Of a stretch of DNA of 49,820 nucleotides, positions 18,017-26,812 are shown one piece after another. Both the position numbers and the translations under genes were made by a program. This DNA is from a virus. Positions within the stretch are counted from its first letter, which is position 1, and each line of letters begins with the position of its first letter. Under the pieces are notes generated by a model. It did not search any database. It saw only the letters and a program-made list of their open reading frames with translations, and was not told the origin of the DNA. The DNA lies in the IMG/VR virus record IMGVR_UViG_3300045988_111757, positions 1 through 49,820 of that record; one strand, written 5' to 3'.

Positions 18017-18283
18017 TTACTTTTTGTTTAATTTTAAGTCCTTACACTCAAATACATTCTCGCCCTTTTCGAGTATTTCAGTAGCCTTTTTAAGCATTTC
18101 TTTAGGCACTTTTGCACCGTCCTCAAAACCGCCAAATTTCAAGTGACTTTCTGCATACTTTGATACAGTAATTTTTGTCTTGCCTGTGTAATCATCATAA
18201 GACACTAATGCAAAATTGCCGTTGTTGAGTTCAAACAACACGCTTGTATCAGGAATATATGCAACTACTCTTTTATAGTTCAT
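18017..18283 (-). CDS. Hypothetical 88-aa protein immediately downstream of the MuF fusion (candidate cognate partner)
   Basis: GGTGG RBS; overlaps the MuF stop by 11 nt. I recognise no motif. Confidence 0.65.
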   Translation of the reverse strand: MNYKRVVAYIPDTSVLFELNNGNFALVSYDDYTGKTKITVSKYAESHLKFGGFEDGAKVPKEMLKKATEILEKGENVFECKDLKLNKK

Positions 18284-20126
18284 TTATTTTGCCACCTTTC
18301 GTTAATTTATAAACTCTTATACCAAGTTCCTTTAACTGACTGACTATTGATTTAGTCGGTCTGTCGGTACTTGTAAAGCAAACACTTTCAACATCTTTAA
18401 TTGTTAAATTACCGTGATACTGCAATTCCCAATATCGACAACCCATATCCTGTGCTATCTTATCAGCATTGAACAAATCATCACGCTTTGCATACTTGAA
18501 TGTATCTTGTGCGTAACCTACATCATATTTAGCAATACCCGATATTGAACATTCATCACCAATCTTACCGCCTACAACACGATTATATAACGCATTGCCT
18601 AAACTATCATCAATGGTATATGTTACTCTGTCTTTCAACCTCTCTTTGTTGAATTGCACTATCGTTTTGCCGTATTGCCAAGCGTCCGAGGTTGAAGCGT
18701 CGTCAGCAAAGTTATAACTACCAAGATAACCGTACTTTTCAAACTCGCTATCTTGCATTTTCATAACATCAGCACCGAATAATCTTTGGCTTGCAAGCAT
18801 ACGGTCGGACTTTGACAATGTGCCACCACTCTTGCCGACTTCCATTTGATTTTTAAAGCCGTTATCAATAATGCTTTGCAAGTCTTTTGAGTGTACTCTC
18901 ATATTATAAGAGTTGTTATCAATAATAGTTTGAATATTGCTTTGCAACATATCTTTAGTTTTTTGAGGTATTTTCATTTCCTCACTAACCCACCTTGCTT
19001 GCCAACTATCAAAGTTTTCAAGGCTTTTCGGTACTTCAACTGTGTATGTTTCGCTTGTAGCTGTTGATGTACTGCTTGCTGTAATCGGTGCTTTTTCTTT
19101 GCTCGGCTTCTTCTCAATAGTTTTGTTAGACTTATTGAGTTTGTTAAGCACCTCGCCCACGCTCTTACCTGTTGCCTTTGCAAATTCGTCAATAGTCATT
19201 AACTTATATTCCAAAATACAACGGCAATTACAATCGTGAGCGGCTACACCACTTTTTGACGGTGCTTTTGCTTTAACTCCACCGCCTAAATCGAACAAAT
19301 CACCTGCTTTAACAGTTACACCCTCCATTTTCATATGGTTTGCACCGCTACGGCTCAATGTTGTTTTCCAACCGCCTTTTTTACTTTTTCGGCGTTGCTG
19401 TGGTCGTACTCGCTCGTCTTTCATTGTTCGCCATATAGCCACCAATATCAATTCGCTACCGTCTAAACTCTCTTGCAAGTTTTCCGCACAATCCATAAAT
19501 CCACTTTCTATGTTTCTGTGTGTTTCGGTGCGTGTGATATTCATTGCTTTGCTTTGGCTTACTCCTACACGGTCGGAAATACGCTTTGCCATTTGTTCGT
19601 ATCTATCACCTTGCATAAGTCCTATATTTAACTCTTGCTGTATTTGATAGATTACTTCCGCTCGGTGTCTTTCTAATACGGTAGGCAATGTAAGTTTGCT
19701 TATGTTGTTTGCAACCGCCTGTTTAAGCACTTCGGGGCGTACACTAATATCTTTGGTTATGTTTGCGAGTTTGCCCTCCGTATCGGCTTTTAACACCGCT
19801 TTAGCCATACCCTCATAACTCTTTTGATATGTCATATCAATTAGTGTTTCCATTTCCTCTTGTATTGCAGGTGATACGCTATCAACATTGTTTATTACTT
19901 CCTGCAAGAATTTAGCACGCTTATTTTGAGCGTCGAGGTATGACATATAAAGCCTGCCGTCAGTATCAGCATATTTGGTGTACTCATTTGCGACAAAAGC
20001 GTTTAAATCTTTCATCAATGATTGATAGATTGATTTAATCTTGCTTTCGGTCAACACCTCTCTATGCTGTTCTATCCTGCGTATGTCGTAAAGCAAATCA
20101 TTAAGGCTTGTTTTACTCTTTGGCAA
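18273..20126 (-). CDS. Minor head protein, SPP1 gp7 / Mu F-like domain, fused to an unknown ~250-aa C-terminal domain
   Basis: The MuF core ends at ...AAHDCNCRCILEY (about aa 320). It is followed by the linker KKPSKEKAPITASSTSTATSE and then aa 365-617 of unknown fold. TTG start with a GGGGGGTGA RBS; follows the portal gene. Confidence 0.8.
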   Translation of the reverse strand: MPKSKTSLNDLLYDIRRIEQHREVLTESKIKSIYQSLMKDLNAFVANEYTKYADTDGRLYMSYLDAQNKRAKFLQEVINNVDSVSPAIQEEMETLIDMTYQKSYEGMAKAVLKADTEGKLANITKDISVRPEVLKQAVANNISKLTLPTVLERHRAEVIYQIQQELNIGLMQGDRYEQMAKRISDRVGVSQSKAMNITRTETHRNIESGFMDCAENLQESLDGSELILVAIWRTMKDERVRPQQRRKSKKGGWKTTLSRSGANHMKMEGVTVKAGDLFDLGGGVKAKAPSKSGVAAHDCNCRCILEYKLMTIDEFAKATGKSVGEVLNKLNKSNKTIEKKPSKEKAPITASSTSTATSETYTVEVPKSLENFDSWQARWVSEEMKIPQKTKDMLQSNIQTIIDNNSYNMRVHSKDLQSIIDNGFKNQMEVGKSGGTLSKSDRMLASQRLFGADVMKMQDSEFEKYGYLGSYNFADDASTSDAWQYGKTIVQFNKERLKDRVTYTIDDSLGNALYNRVVGGKIGDECSISGIAKYDVGYAQDTFKYAKRDDLFNADKIAQDMGCRYWELQYHGNLTIKDVESVCFTSTDRPTKSIVSQLKELGIRVYKLTKGGKINEL

Positions 20127-20194
20127 TATACATCACCCCCCTTTTATTATACTACATTTCATTGTCAACACTATTCACTATGTTTCATAACGGC

Positions 20195-21661
20195 TCATTC
20201 TTCACCGTCATTTTTCTTTTTATCGTCGTCACCGTCTGTGTTATCATCATTCGGCGTATTGATAGGCAAGTCAGGATATAATTCAGCAACTTCCTCTTTT
20301 TCTTCGACTATCATATCCATAATTGCGTCAACATCATCAACACTTGACATATGGCTATATACCCAACGCTTCGGAAGTCCTGCACCTATTTGCGTTTGTG
20401 CCGTCTGTGCTTCGCTCAATGTATCTAATGGGAAGTTACGAACAAAATCAACACAACAATAAAGAGGGTCAACCTTGATACCTCTTTTAGCCCAACTTGA
20501 AGAAAGAACTTTCCACATATGCTGTTCTGCGTTCATCATATTAGCTTCAAAGGTTGCACACTTGGTTTCAAGTCCGTGTAACCTAAACTTTAATGCTATA
20601 CCGCTCGCACTTGAAAATACATCATCATTCATATTAGGTGTTTTAGAAAATCTGTAAATGTTATTTTCTAATCGCTCTAAATGATGTTCTGTAAAAGTAT
20701 CATTGATATTTTTTGTTATCCACTTTACGGGGTCGGGATTTGTTTGCATTCCTGTTGGCGGTACAATCAACATACCTGATTTCTGTGCTTTCTCTATTAT
20801 TTCATCATCAACATTAAGATGTGCTAACAACATAGCGTGTACGAATGCTTCAATCTCGTTTGAATTATCGCTCACATTCTTATCGTAATCATCAATAAGT
20901 GCAAGCACCTTTTCAGCGTCACCTAAACACTCCTTATTATTTGCAATGCCTTGAAGTGGGCAATAATCAAACATATGCGGTTTTACACTAACAAGTACGA
21001 GTTGTGACAACTGACCTTTGTATGTATATATTTTTTCATTATCGTAAAACTCAACAACCCAATATTTAACACCGTTAATATCCTTTGTCCTGTAATATCG
21101 TACAGCATATTTCGGCTCGGATATATCTGTTTTTGACAATGGTATAGTTTCAAAGCCGTGTACTGCCATTGCCTGTTCGTTACCCTCTTCGTCTATATAA
21201 AACAGTCTGCCCGAATATCCGTATATTGACGCATTTTTGGTAGTTTCCATATCAACGCCGTACATATTTGTTCGTGTTGTAAAATCGGTTAAGGTTTTAC
21301 TTGCTTTATCAACTGCTTCTTTGCCACCTATTACTTCCTCTGCTTCGTCACCAATGCTATAACTGTATGTTGCAGGGCTTCCTGCAAAGTAACCTACCTT
21401 AAAATCAACAATTTCACCGAAAAAGTCATTATTAGCCTTATTGTTGATAGGGTTTTCTTCATCATATCTCGGCTGTCTACCAAAAATAGGCACACCACCC
21501 TCAATAGCTTCGTATCTATCATAAAGCTTTCTGTTGTATTTTGAGTTCAGTCTATGTTTCTGTAATATCTTATATAGCAATTCGCTTGATATTCCGTTTT
21601 CCTCTATTGCTTCAATTTCTGCCGTAAAGTCAGGAAACATCTCGTTTTCTTTCCTTGCCAT
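20195..21661 (-). CDS. Portal protein (SPP1 Gp6-like)
   Basis: 488 aa. The sequence NNKANNDFFGEIVDFKVGYFAGSPATYSY is typical of SPP1-family portals. Lies between TerL and MuF. Confidence 0.85.
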   Translation of the reverse strand: MARKENEMFPDFTAEIEAIEENGISSELLYKILQKHRLNSKYNRKLYDRYEAIEGGVPIFGRQPRYDEENPINNKANNDFFGEIVDFKVGYFAGSPATYSYSIGDEAEEVIGGKEAVDKASKTLTDFTTRTNMYGVDMETTKNASIYGYSGRLFYIDEEGNEQAMAVHGFETIPLSKTDISEPKYAVRYYRTKDINGVKYWVVEFYDNEKIYTYKGQLSQLVLVSVKPHMFDYCPLQGIANNKECLGDAEKVLALIDDYDKNVSDNSNEIEAFVHAMLLAHLNVDDEIIEKAQKSGMLIVPPTGMQTNPDPVKWITKNINDTFTEHHLERLENNIYRFSKTPNMNDDVFSSASGIALKFRLHGLETKCATFEANMMNAEQHMWKVLSSSWAKRGIKVDPLYCCVDFVRNFPLDTLSEAQTAQTQIGAGLPKRWVYSHMSSVDDVDAIMDMIVEEKEEVAELYPDLPINTPNDDNTDGDDDKKKNDGEE

Positions 21662-21812
21662 TGGATTTCACCGCCTTTTTTCTTTTTGATTTATAATTTA
21701 CTATCTTTTTATCGAATAGTAGTTTGCCGTCATAGGTTGTTGTTAGTCCGCATTTCATACAAACACGAACATCATTTATCTTTTTCCATTCGTGCGAACA
21801 CACTATATACAC
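21630..21812 (-). CDS. Possible small zinc-ribbon protein
   Basis: 60 aa with a C-x-H...C-x-x-C pattern and a GTG start. It overlaps the portal start by 32 nt, so support is weak. Confidence 0.3.
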   Translation of the reverse strand: MYIVCSHEWKKINDVRVCMKCGLTTTYDGKLLFDKKIVNYKSKRKKAVKSNGKERKRDVS

Positions 21813-22120
21813 CCTACCTCTTCAAATGTTTTAAGCATTTTAGGAAATTGAATAGCAACCCAATCAACCATTGTTTCTTCGTGCCCCCATTGATTTGCGT
21901 GTTCAAAATTGCTTTGTAAACCACTTTCCGATAAGTAGGCGTGTATGATTTCGTGCCTTAATTGTTTCTTTTGCAAACTCTTAAAATCATTTACTCCGTT
22001 TTCATTATCGCTACGAATTACAATTTCTTTTGAAGTATGGTCGCAATAGCCGTCTATTTCCTCTGTTCCTAATTCCTTATACTCAATCGTATAATCAGTT
22101 CCTAATATGTTTACTTTCAT
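21803..22120 (-). CDS. Small HExxH zinc-metallopeptidase-like protein
   Basis: LRHEIIHAYLSESG contains HExxH. 105 aa with a GAGGTT RBS, between TerL and the portal. Confidence 0.6.
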   Translation of the reverse strand: MKVNILGTDYTIEYKELGTEEIDGYCDHTSKEIVIRSDNENGVNDFKSLQKKQLRHEIIHAYLSESGLQSNFEHANQWGHEETMVDWVAIQFPKMLKTFEEVGCI

Positions 22121-23347
22121 TTATAACCTCTTTCCTGCTCTTACCTCTGCCGCCAAGATTTCATCATTCAATGCGTATCTTAATGCGTCTAACAAGTGGT
22201 TGTTTTCATCAACAGGCTTTGCCATTGCATTACCGTACTTATCCTCTTGCCAATGGTATTGCTCTATCTCGTTTTTGAAGTTTTGGCAACGAACATCAAT
22301 AATAATCTCGCAACCTTGCAACCACCTAATACCACGATTGATACTGTCAGCACCTTTAACCGCTCCGAATGCTCTTACATTATTAGTAGCAAGGAAGTCA
22401 ATCGTTTTCGGCTCTGCACTATCACATATCAAATATTGATTGCCACAAAACCGCTTGCACACTCTCAATAATTCGTCGTCTGTCATTCCTGCCTGATACC
22501 ATTCATCATATATATATATCCGCTTACGCTTTTTATCGTAATGCACCTTAATTAGTGCGTTCGGGTCGCTTGAAAAACCAAAGTCACAACCACAATGCAC
22601 TCTATCAAACTGCGGTATAAGGTTGCTTATATCCTCAACACGCCAATTCTTGAAAATAACATTGCCGAGTATGCCCCAATTACCGAGCGAATACACATTA
22701 TAGAAATATGGGTCTGTTTCGTCCTCTAATAACTTTCTGTCCTCGTCGGTCAAAAAGATATTATCTTTATATGTAGTTTTGACAATGAGTTTGTCCTCGT
22801 CCTCGTAAACGGTCTTGTTATCTTCCCATTTGCCGAAAAACTCTTTATATATCCAATGTGATTTTAAGATAGGGTTAAATGCCATAAAAATATGCTTGCT
22901 GTGGGTACTTTTACCACGCAAACGCTTTTTTAACTGCATATATGCGTCACGCTTTATCTCTGTCGCCTCCTCAATAAATATACGCTCTAATACACCATTT
23001 GCAGGCGTGATAGACTTTACTTTTTCAACATCATCAAGACCGCAAAACATAATCTGCTTCTCGTTCAGCTTGCAAGTGATAAGCATATCGCTCTTATTGA
23101 TTGAAAAGAATTGTTTTACACCCATACTTGATATTGACTTTGTGATTTCATTGAATACACTTCGTTTAATCGTATTACCGACATTACGGCAACAAAGCCA
23201 ATTAACACCGTTAAGAACATCAAGCACTATCTTATCTGTGATAAAGAATGATTTACCGCTTGACGAGCCACCAAAGAATATTTGCAGGAATTGAGGTTTA
23301 TTCATATAAGGGATATATGCAGGGTTTTCCTTTACCACAATATCCAT
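22121..23347 (-). CDS. terL: Terminase large subunit (PBSX-type)
   Basis: Walker A motif FFGGSSSGKSFF. 408 aa with a C-terminal nuclease-like region, preceded by the TerS-like gene. Confidence 0.9.
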   Translation of the reverse strand: MDIVVKENPAYIPYMNKPQFLQIFFGGSSSGKSFFITDKIVLDVLNGVNWLCCRNVGNTIKRSVFNEITKSISSMGVKQFFSINKSDMLITCKLNEKQIMFCGLDDVEKVKSITPANGVLERIFIEEATEIKRDAYMQLKKRLRGKSTHSKHIFMAFNPILKSHWIYKEFFGKWEDNKTVYEDEDKLIVKTTYKDNIFLTDEDRKLLEDETDPYFYNVYSLGNWGILGNVIFKNWRVEDISNLIPQFDRVHCGCDFGFSSDPNALIKVHYDKKRKRIYIYDEWYQAGMTDDELLRVCKRFCGNQYLICDSAEPKTIDFLATNNVRAFGAVKGADSINRGIRWLQGCEIIIDVRCQNFKNEIEQYHWQEDKYGNAMAKPVDENNHLLDALRYALNDEILAAEVRAGKRL

Positions 23348-23901
23348 TATTCCTCGTCCTCCATATCGTCAGGCGTTGCCGCTACAACAGTAATGTTGAT
23401 GTTCGGGCTTTCCTGCGGTTTATCTTCGTCCGCTGTGAATTGAATATCTTTCAAGTCTTTCAATGCACTTGCTATCTGTTTTAGTCCTGCTCGGTCTATT
23501 CTGTTCTTTTGTGCAACATTGAAAGTTTCGTTTTCTTGAAAGGCATTTAGCGTTTCACCTGTTTTTTTGTCTTTAACTTTGACAGGTGTTTTGACCTTTG
23601 TCTTTTCAAGGTACAAATCTAACTGCTCCGTTGCAAGTTCTATCTTTTCAAGCAATTTATCAGCCGCATTGGATATTTTTAATAATCTGTTTGCTTCTGC
23701 TTCTGCTAATTTTTCGGCACTTTTTTGTAGAGTTTTTTCCGTGATTTTCTCTTGCTGTGCTTTTTTCTTTGCAAACCACTTTTCTTTCCTTGCTTTATCC
23801 TGCAAAGTGTTATAATTTACTTCGTGTTTTTCAGCCAACTTTTGATAACTGATATTGCCGTTTATGTATTCGTTCCTTATCTTATTCCAATTAGTAGCCA
23901 A
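23347..23901 (-). CDS. terS: Terminase small subunit-like protein
   Basis: N-terminal HTH-like ISYQKLAEKHEVNYNTLQDKARKEKW followed by a coiled coil. TTG start after AGGTGG, directly upstream of terL. Confidence 0.6.
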   Translation of the reverse strand: MATNWNKIRNEYINGNISYQKLAEKHEVNYNTLQDKARKEKWFAKKKAQQEKITEKTLQKSAEKLAEAEANRLLKISNAADKLLEKIELATEQLDLYLEKTKVKTPVKVKDKKTGETLNAFQENETFNVAQKNRIDRAGLKQIASALKDLKDIQFTADEDKPQESPNINITVVAATPDDMEDEE

Positions 23902-23953
23902 ATCACCACCTACTTTTGTTTCATATCCCTTAAAATAGTTTCAAAGCGGCACA

Positions 23954-24094
23954 TTACGCACCGCACTTTTTCAATAATCTGTTTAAGCCCTTGTTTGCTC
24001 CCTCAATATCCCCTGCTATCATTTGTCCTTTGATAGTTCTGTATTGTTGCTTTGTAAGGTGCTTTTTACTTTCTTTAAGCCGCTTCCACATCAT
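23954..24094 (-). CDS. Small 46-aa ORF upstream of terS
   Basis: ATGATG at 24094 after GAGGGTG. Encodes MMWKRLKESKKHLTKQQYRTIKGQMIAGDIEGANKGLNRLLKKCGA. Too short for the ORF track. Confidence 0.4.
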   Translation of the reverse strand: MMWKRLKESKKHLTKQQYRTIKGQMIAGDIEGANKGLNRLLKKCGA

Positions 24095-25436
24095 TATCAC
24101 CCTCACTAAAACTATATTCGTATATGTCAAGGTCTTTCATTAACTCTTTTTCATTGCCCTTAACGAATATCAACACATTTTGATGTGTTTTAACAACCTT
24201 TCGCCCTGCTTCAAATTGTCTGCCTGCTCTCATAGCACCTGTTGCAATTTGCTCAATCAAGATACATTCGTTGTAATATTTAAGCCCTGCGTCTTTGGCG
24301 GCTTGTATCGTGTCACCTACGAAATTATAATAATAGCCTTTCTTATCTCTAACATCACCAACAACGATAGCGGCAAAGGCATTGTCCTTTAACTTTTCCG
24401 TCGCCTTGCTAATAATCTCTCTGTAAGCAGATAAAAATTCATCATATGGCATATTGCTAATATCTCGTGGGTCGTCACTGTACACCTCTAAATCGGCATA
24501 AGGCGGACAAGTCAATAAAAAGTCGTGTTTGCCTTTTACCAACAAATCAATATTGCAACTGTCGTCATTTATCCAATTTGGCATTTTTAAGTCATTGCCG
24601 TGCAGGTCTTGTCTGTCTGCTATTGCTTTGTAATTATTGATGTTTGCTTTTATCTGTTTTTCGCTTAAATCTATCCCTGTGTAGTCATTGCCTAACAACA
24701 CGGATATAAGTCCTCGGACGCTTCCGCCTGCGAATGGGTCAAGCACCTTGCCACCTTTAGGGCAAAACCAATTTATCAGCGTTTCACATAATACAGGGTC
24801 AAATATACTTGTTCCTGTCAGGTCCGCTCCTGTTTTCTCGGCAAGTTCTTTTAAACCGCTACCTAACAAACATTCATCCCTGCCGTTGTCACTCTTAATT
24901 ATCTGTTTCCATATCTTTTTGCGTTCTTGCCAATAGCCTTGTCTTGTATCAAGGATTGAAAACGGCGGTACAATAAACCGCTCTTGCAGTGTTTCTCTGT
25001 TTTCGTCGAGGTTATCCCCTAAATCGTCCTCGTTTTCATCTTCATTTAACAAACTTTCAATCTCAAATTCTTCAAAGCCTGTTAAATCAAGGTCAAAATC
25101 AAGTTCTTGTAATTCCTCTAATTCAATAGTCAGCATTTCATTATCCCAAGAGGAATACTCCGCAACTTTATTGTCAGCAAGCCTAAAAGCTTTAATCTGT
25201 GCAGGTGTTAGGTCGTCCGCTTTAATTGTTGGCACGCTGTCAATGCCGAGCCGTTTTGCCGCTTTGTATCTTGTATGCCCTGCTACAATCACATTATCTT
25301 TATCAATGATAAGTGGGTTTCTAAAACCATACTCTTTAATGCTTGCCGCCACACGCTCAACCGCTTCACCGTCATTATGTCGTGGGTTGTTTGCGTATGG
25401 GATAATATCATCAATACCTAAATACTCAATCTGCAT
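24075..25436 (-). CDS. ParB-like nuclease domain fused to an N4/N6 DNA methyltransferase
   Basis: The ParB/Srx-like N-terminus is NPRHNDGEAVERVAASIKEYGFRNPLIIDKDNVIVAGHTRYKAA. The MTase has motif I DPFAGGS and motif IV TCPPY. ATG 25436 lies 8 nt after AGGAG; the track GTG start at 25445 is less likely. Confidence 0.8.
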   Translation of the reverse strand: MQIEYLGIDDIIPYANNPRHNDGEAVERVAASIKEYGFRNPLIIDKDNVIVAGHTRYKAAKRLGIDSVPTIKADDLTPAQIKAFRLADNKVAEYSSWDNEMLTIELEELQELDFDLDLTGFEEFEIESLLNEDENEDDLGDNLDENRETLQERFIVPPFSILDTRQGYWQERKKIWKQIIKSDNGRDECLLGSGLKELAEKTGADLTGTSIFDPVLCETLINWFCPKGGKVLDPFAGGSVRGLISVLLGNDYTGIDLSEKQIKANINNYKAIADRQDLHGNDLKMPNWINDDSCNIDLLVKGKHDFLLTCPPYADLEVYSDDPRDISNMPYDEFLSAYREIISKATEKLKDNAFAAIVVGDVRDKKGYYYNFVGDTIQAAKDAGLKYYNECILIEQIATGAMRAGRQFEAGRKVVKTHQNVLIFVKGNEKELMKDLDIYEYSFSEGDNDVEAA

Positions 25437-25499
25437 TAGCGACACTCCTAAATGTTATTAGAAGTTGTCACCTGCACCATTTACCCCTAAATGTGAGCA

Positions 25500-25579
25500 T
25501 AGAAAAAGTCGTACCGTTAATACGATACGACTTTTCCACAAAAGGTATAAATTTTAATGGTGTAAAGCTATTTTTACAC
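25500..25579 (-). ncRNA. Predicted ~80-nt promoter-proximal terminated leader (6S-RNA-like) ahead of the packaging operon
   Basis: A transcript from promoter 25586..25614 would contain hairpin GUGUAAA/UUUACAC (25560-25579) and end at the terminator 25503..25536. Confidence 0.3.
25503..25536 (-). terminator. Strong bidirectional intrinsic terminator in the leader of the packaging operon
   Basis: AAAAGTCGTA (25504-25513) pairs with TACGACTTTT (25526-25535), plus an inner CGT/ACG pairing. T-runs are present on both strands. Confidence 0.65.
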
Positions 25580-25585
25580 AATAAT

Positions 25586-25614
25586 ATTATACTACAATAA
25601 TAACTTTTTTTCAA
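25586..25614 (-). promoter_or_regulatory. Sigma-A-type promoter TTGAAA-17-TATAAT with GTAG immediately upstream of the -10
   Basis: Minus strand: TTGAAA 25614-25609, a 17-nt spacer ending in GTAG, TATAAT 25591-25586. It starts 7 nt after the stop of the late regulator gene. Confidence 0.55.
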
Positions 25615-25620
25615 GTATTT

Positions 25621-26034
25621 TTATAATTTTGTGACATATTCACTTAAAACAGTATTTATTTTCCTGTAAACTCGGAATACTTTGTTTTCGTTCCAATCTA
25701 ATTCCTTGCCTACACGCTTCCACGACAAGCCATAAAAAAACCTATATTTTATTAACAACTTTTCGTTTTGTGTGAGATTACATTTGTTCATCATTTCATC
25801 AATTTGTTGCTGACAAGTAAACTTTTGCCTTTCAATCTCATAGCGTTTGTTTTGTAGTTTTTCTTTTTTTTCTACAAGTTTGTCAACAATACTATCAGTT
25901 CCGCCACTTCCTTTTGGCATACCTGATAAGTCTTGCACTTTAGGACTGTATAACAAAGCGTTAATTTCCTCTATATTTTCATCAATAGATTTACCTTTTA
26001 TGTAAAGTTCTAAACAAACATCAAGTTCTTTCAC
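25621..26034 (-). CDS. Late-gene transcriptional regulator (DUF1492 / ArpU / sigma-70 region-4-like)
   Basis: 137 aa. Contains SGMPKGSGGTDS, and the C-terminal LIKYRFFYGLSWKRVGKELDWNENKVFRVYRKINTVL looks like a region-4 HTH. It is the last gene before the packaging genes. GTG start after GGAGGG. Confidence 0.55.
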   Translation of the reverse strand: MKELDVCLELYIKGKSIDENIEEINALLYSPKVQDLSGMPKGSGGTDSIVDKLVEKKEKLQNKRYEIERQKFTCQQQIDEMMNKCNLTQNEKLLIKYRFFYGLSWKRVGKELDWNENKVFRVYRKINTVLSEYVTKL

Positions 26035-26046
26035 GGCTTTGCCCTC

Positions 26047-26160
26047 CTACATTTTTTTAAATGTACAATAAATAACTGTGCCAACTACTAAGCCAATTAT
26101 TATTGTTTCAATAACAAAAAGCGTCATTATCACACCGAACAAAACAGGGTTAATAATCAT
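26047..26160 (-). CDS. Small 37-aa single-pass membrane peptide
   Basis: ATG 26160 after AAAGAGGTGAG. Encodes MIINPVLFGVIMTLFVIETIIIGLVVGTVIYCTFKKM. Too short for the ORF track. Confidence 0.4.
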   Translation of the reverse strand: MIINPVLFGVIMTLFVIETIIIGLVVGTVIYCTFKKM

Positions 26161-26435
26161 TACTTCTCACCTCTTTCCTTTTCTAATATCTGCATTAAGA
26201 CATTTATTCGTCTTTCGTATGCTTCGCACTTTGCTTTATAAGCATTTTCCAATTCGGTACATTCTTTTTTCCATTCCTTATTTAAAAGGTTGTAGTTTCT
26301 TAATAAATTATCGAAATCGTCTTTTGCTTCTTCTGTTGCTACCTTAAAACCTGTGTTATATCCACTATTGTTAGCAACAATGATACAAACAATATAGCCG
26401 ATAAAAACAACTACACATAAAATTACAGTTTTCAT
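26160..26435 (-). CDS. Hypothetical membrane-anchored coiled-coil protein
   Basis: 91 aa with an N-terminal TM segment (VILCVVVFIGYIVCIIVA). GAGGTAG RBS. Confidence 0.65.
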   Translation of the reverse strand: MKTVILCVVVFIGYIVCIIVANNSGYNTGFKVATEEAKDDFDNLLRNYNLLNKEWKKECTELENAYKAKCEAYERRINVLMQILEKERGEK

Positions 26436-26812
26436 TCTTCTACCTCTACCAATTTCACAATTACAAAATCTTTTGTGTCCTTAACAAAATTATCTGTAAA
26501 GCCTTTTATGTATTTTTGATTATCGTTTGGAATTATGTTTTCTTTCTGCAAAGCGTCAAGAATGAATTTCTTTGCACTTGCTATGTTGTCACAATCCCTA
26601 CGCCTTGTTTTTTCGTGCCATTCAAAATATACTATACAAGGCTTGCAAGTGGGCTGTATCATTTTTTTAATTTTTGCTGACTTAATCGCCCATTGTATCA
26701 ATTCTTCTGTTTCCTGCTTGAATTTATTGCCTGTATGTCTGTTGTTGTTTATCTTTGCAATATATTCGTTTAGCGAGGGCAACTTTGCGTTAATCATAAA
26801 ATAATACTGCAT
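26432..26812 (-). CDS. rusA: RusA-family Holliday junction resolvase
   Basis: 126 aa. The pattern LPSLNEY...RRRDCDNIASAKKFILDALQKENIIPNDNQKYI matches the RusA D-x-D-N...D-A-L...D-D pattern. Confidence 0.65.
   Translation of the reverse strand: MQYYFMINAKLPSLNEYIAKINNNRHTGNKFKQETEELIQWAIKSAKIKKMIQPTCKPCIVYFEWHEKTRRRDCDNIASAKKFILDALQKENIIPNDNQKYIKGFTDNFVKDTKDFVIVKLVEVEE

Noticed and set aside
20138-20166. TTGACA and TATAAT upstream of the MuF gene as another consensus promoter
   Set aside because: The hexamers are only 11 nt apart, which is incompatible with sigma-A spacing. Only the GTAGTATAAT half is noted, under the promoter-family finding.
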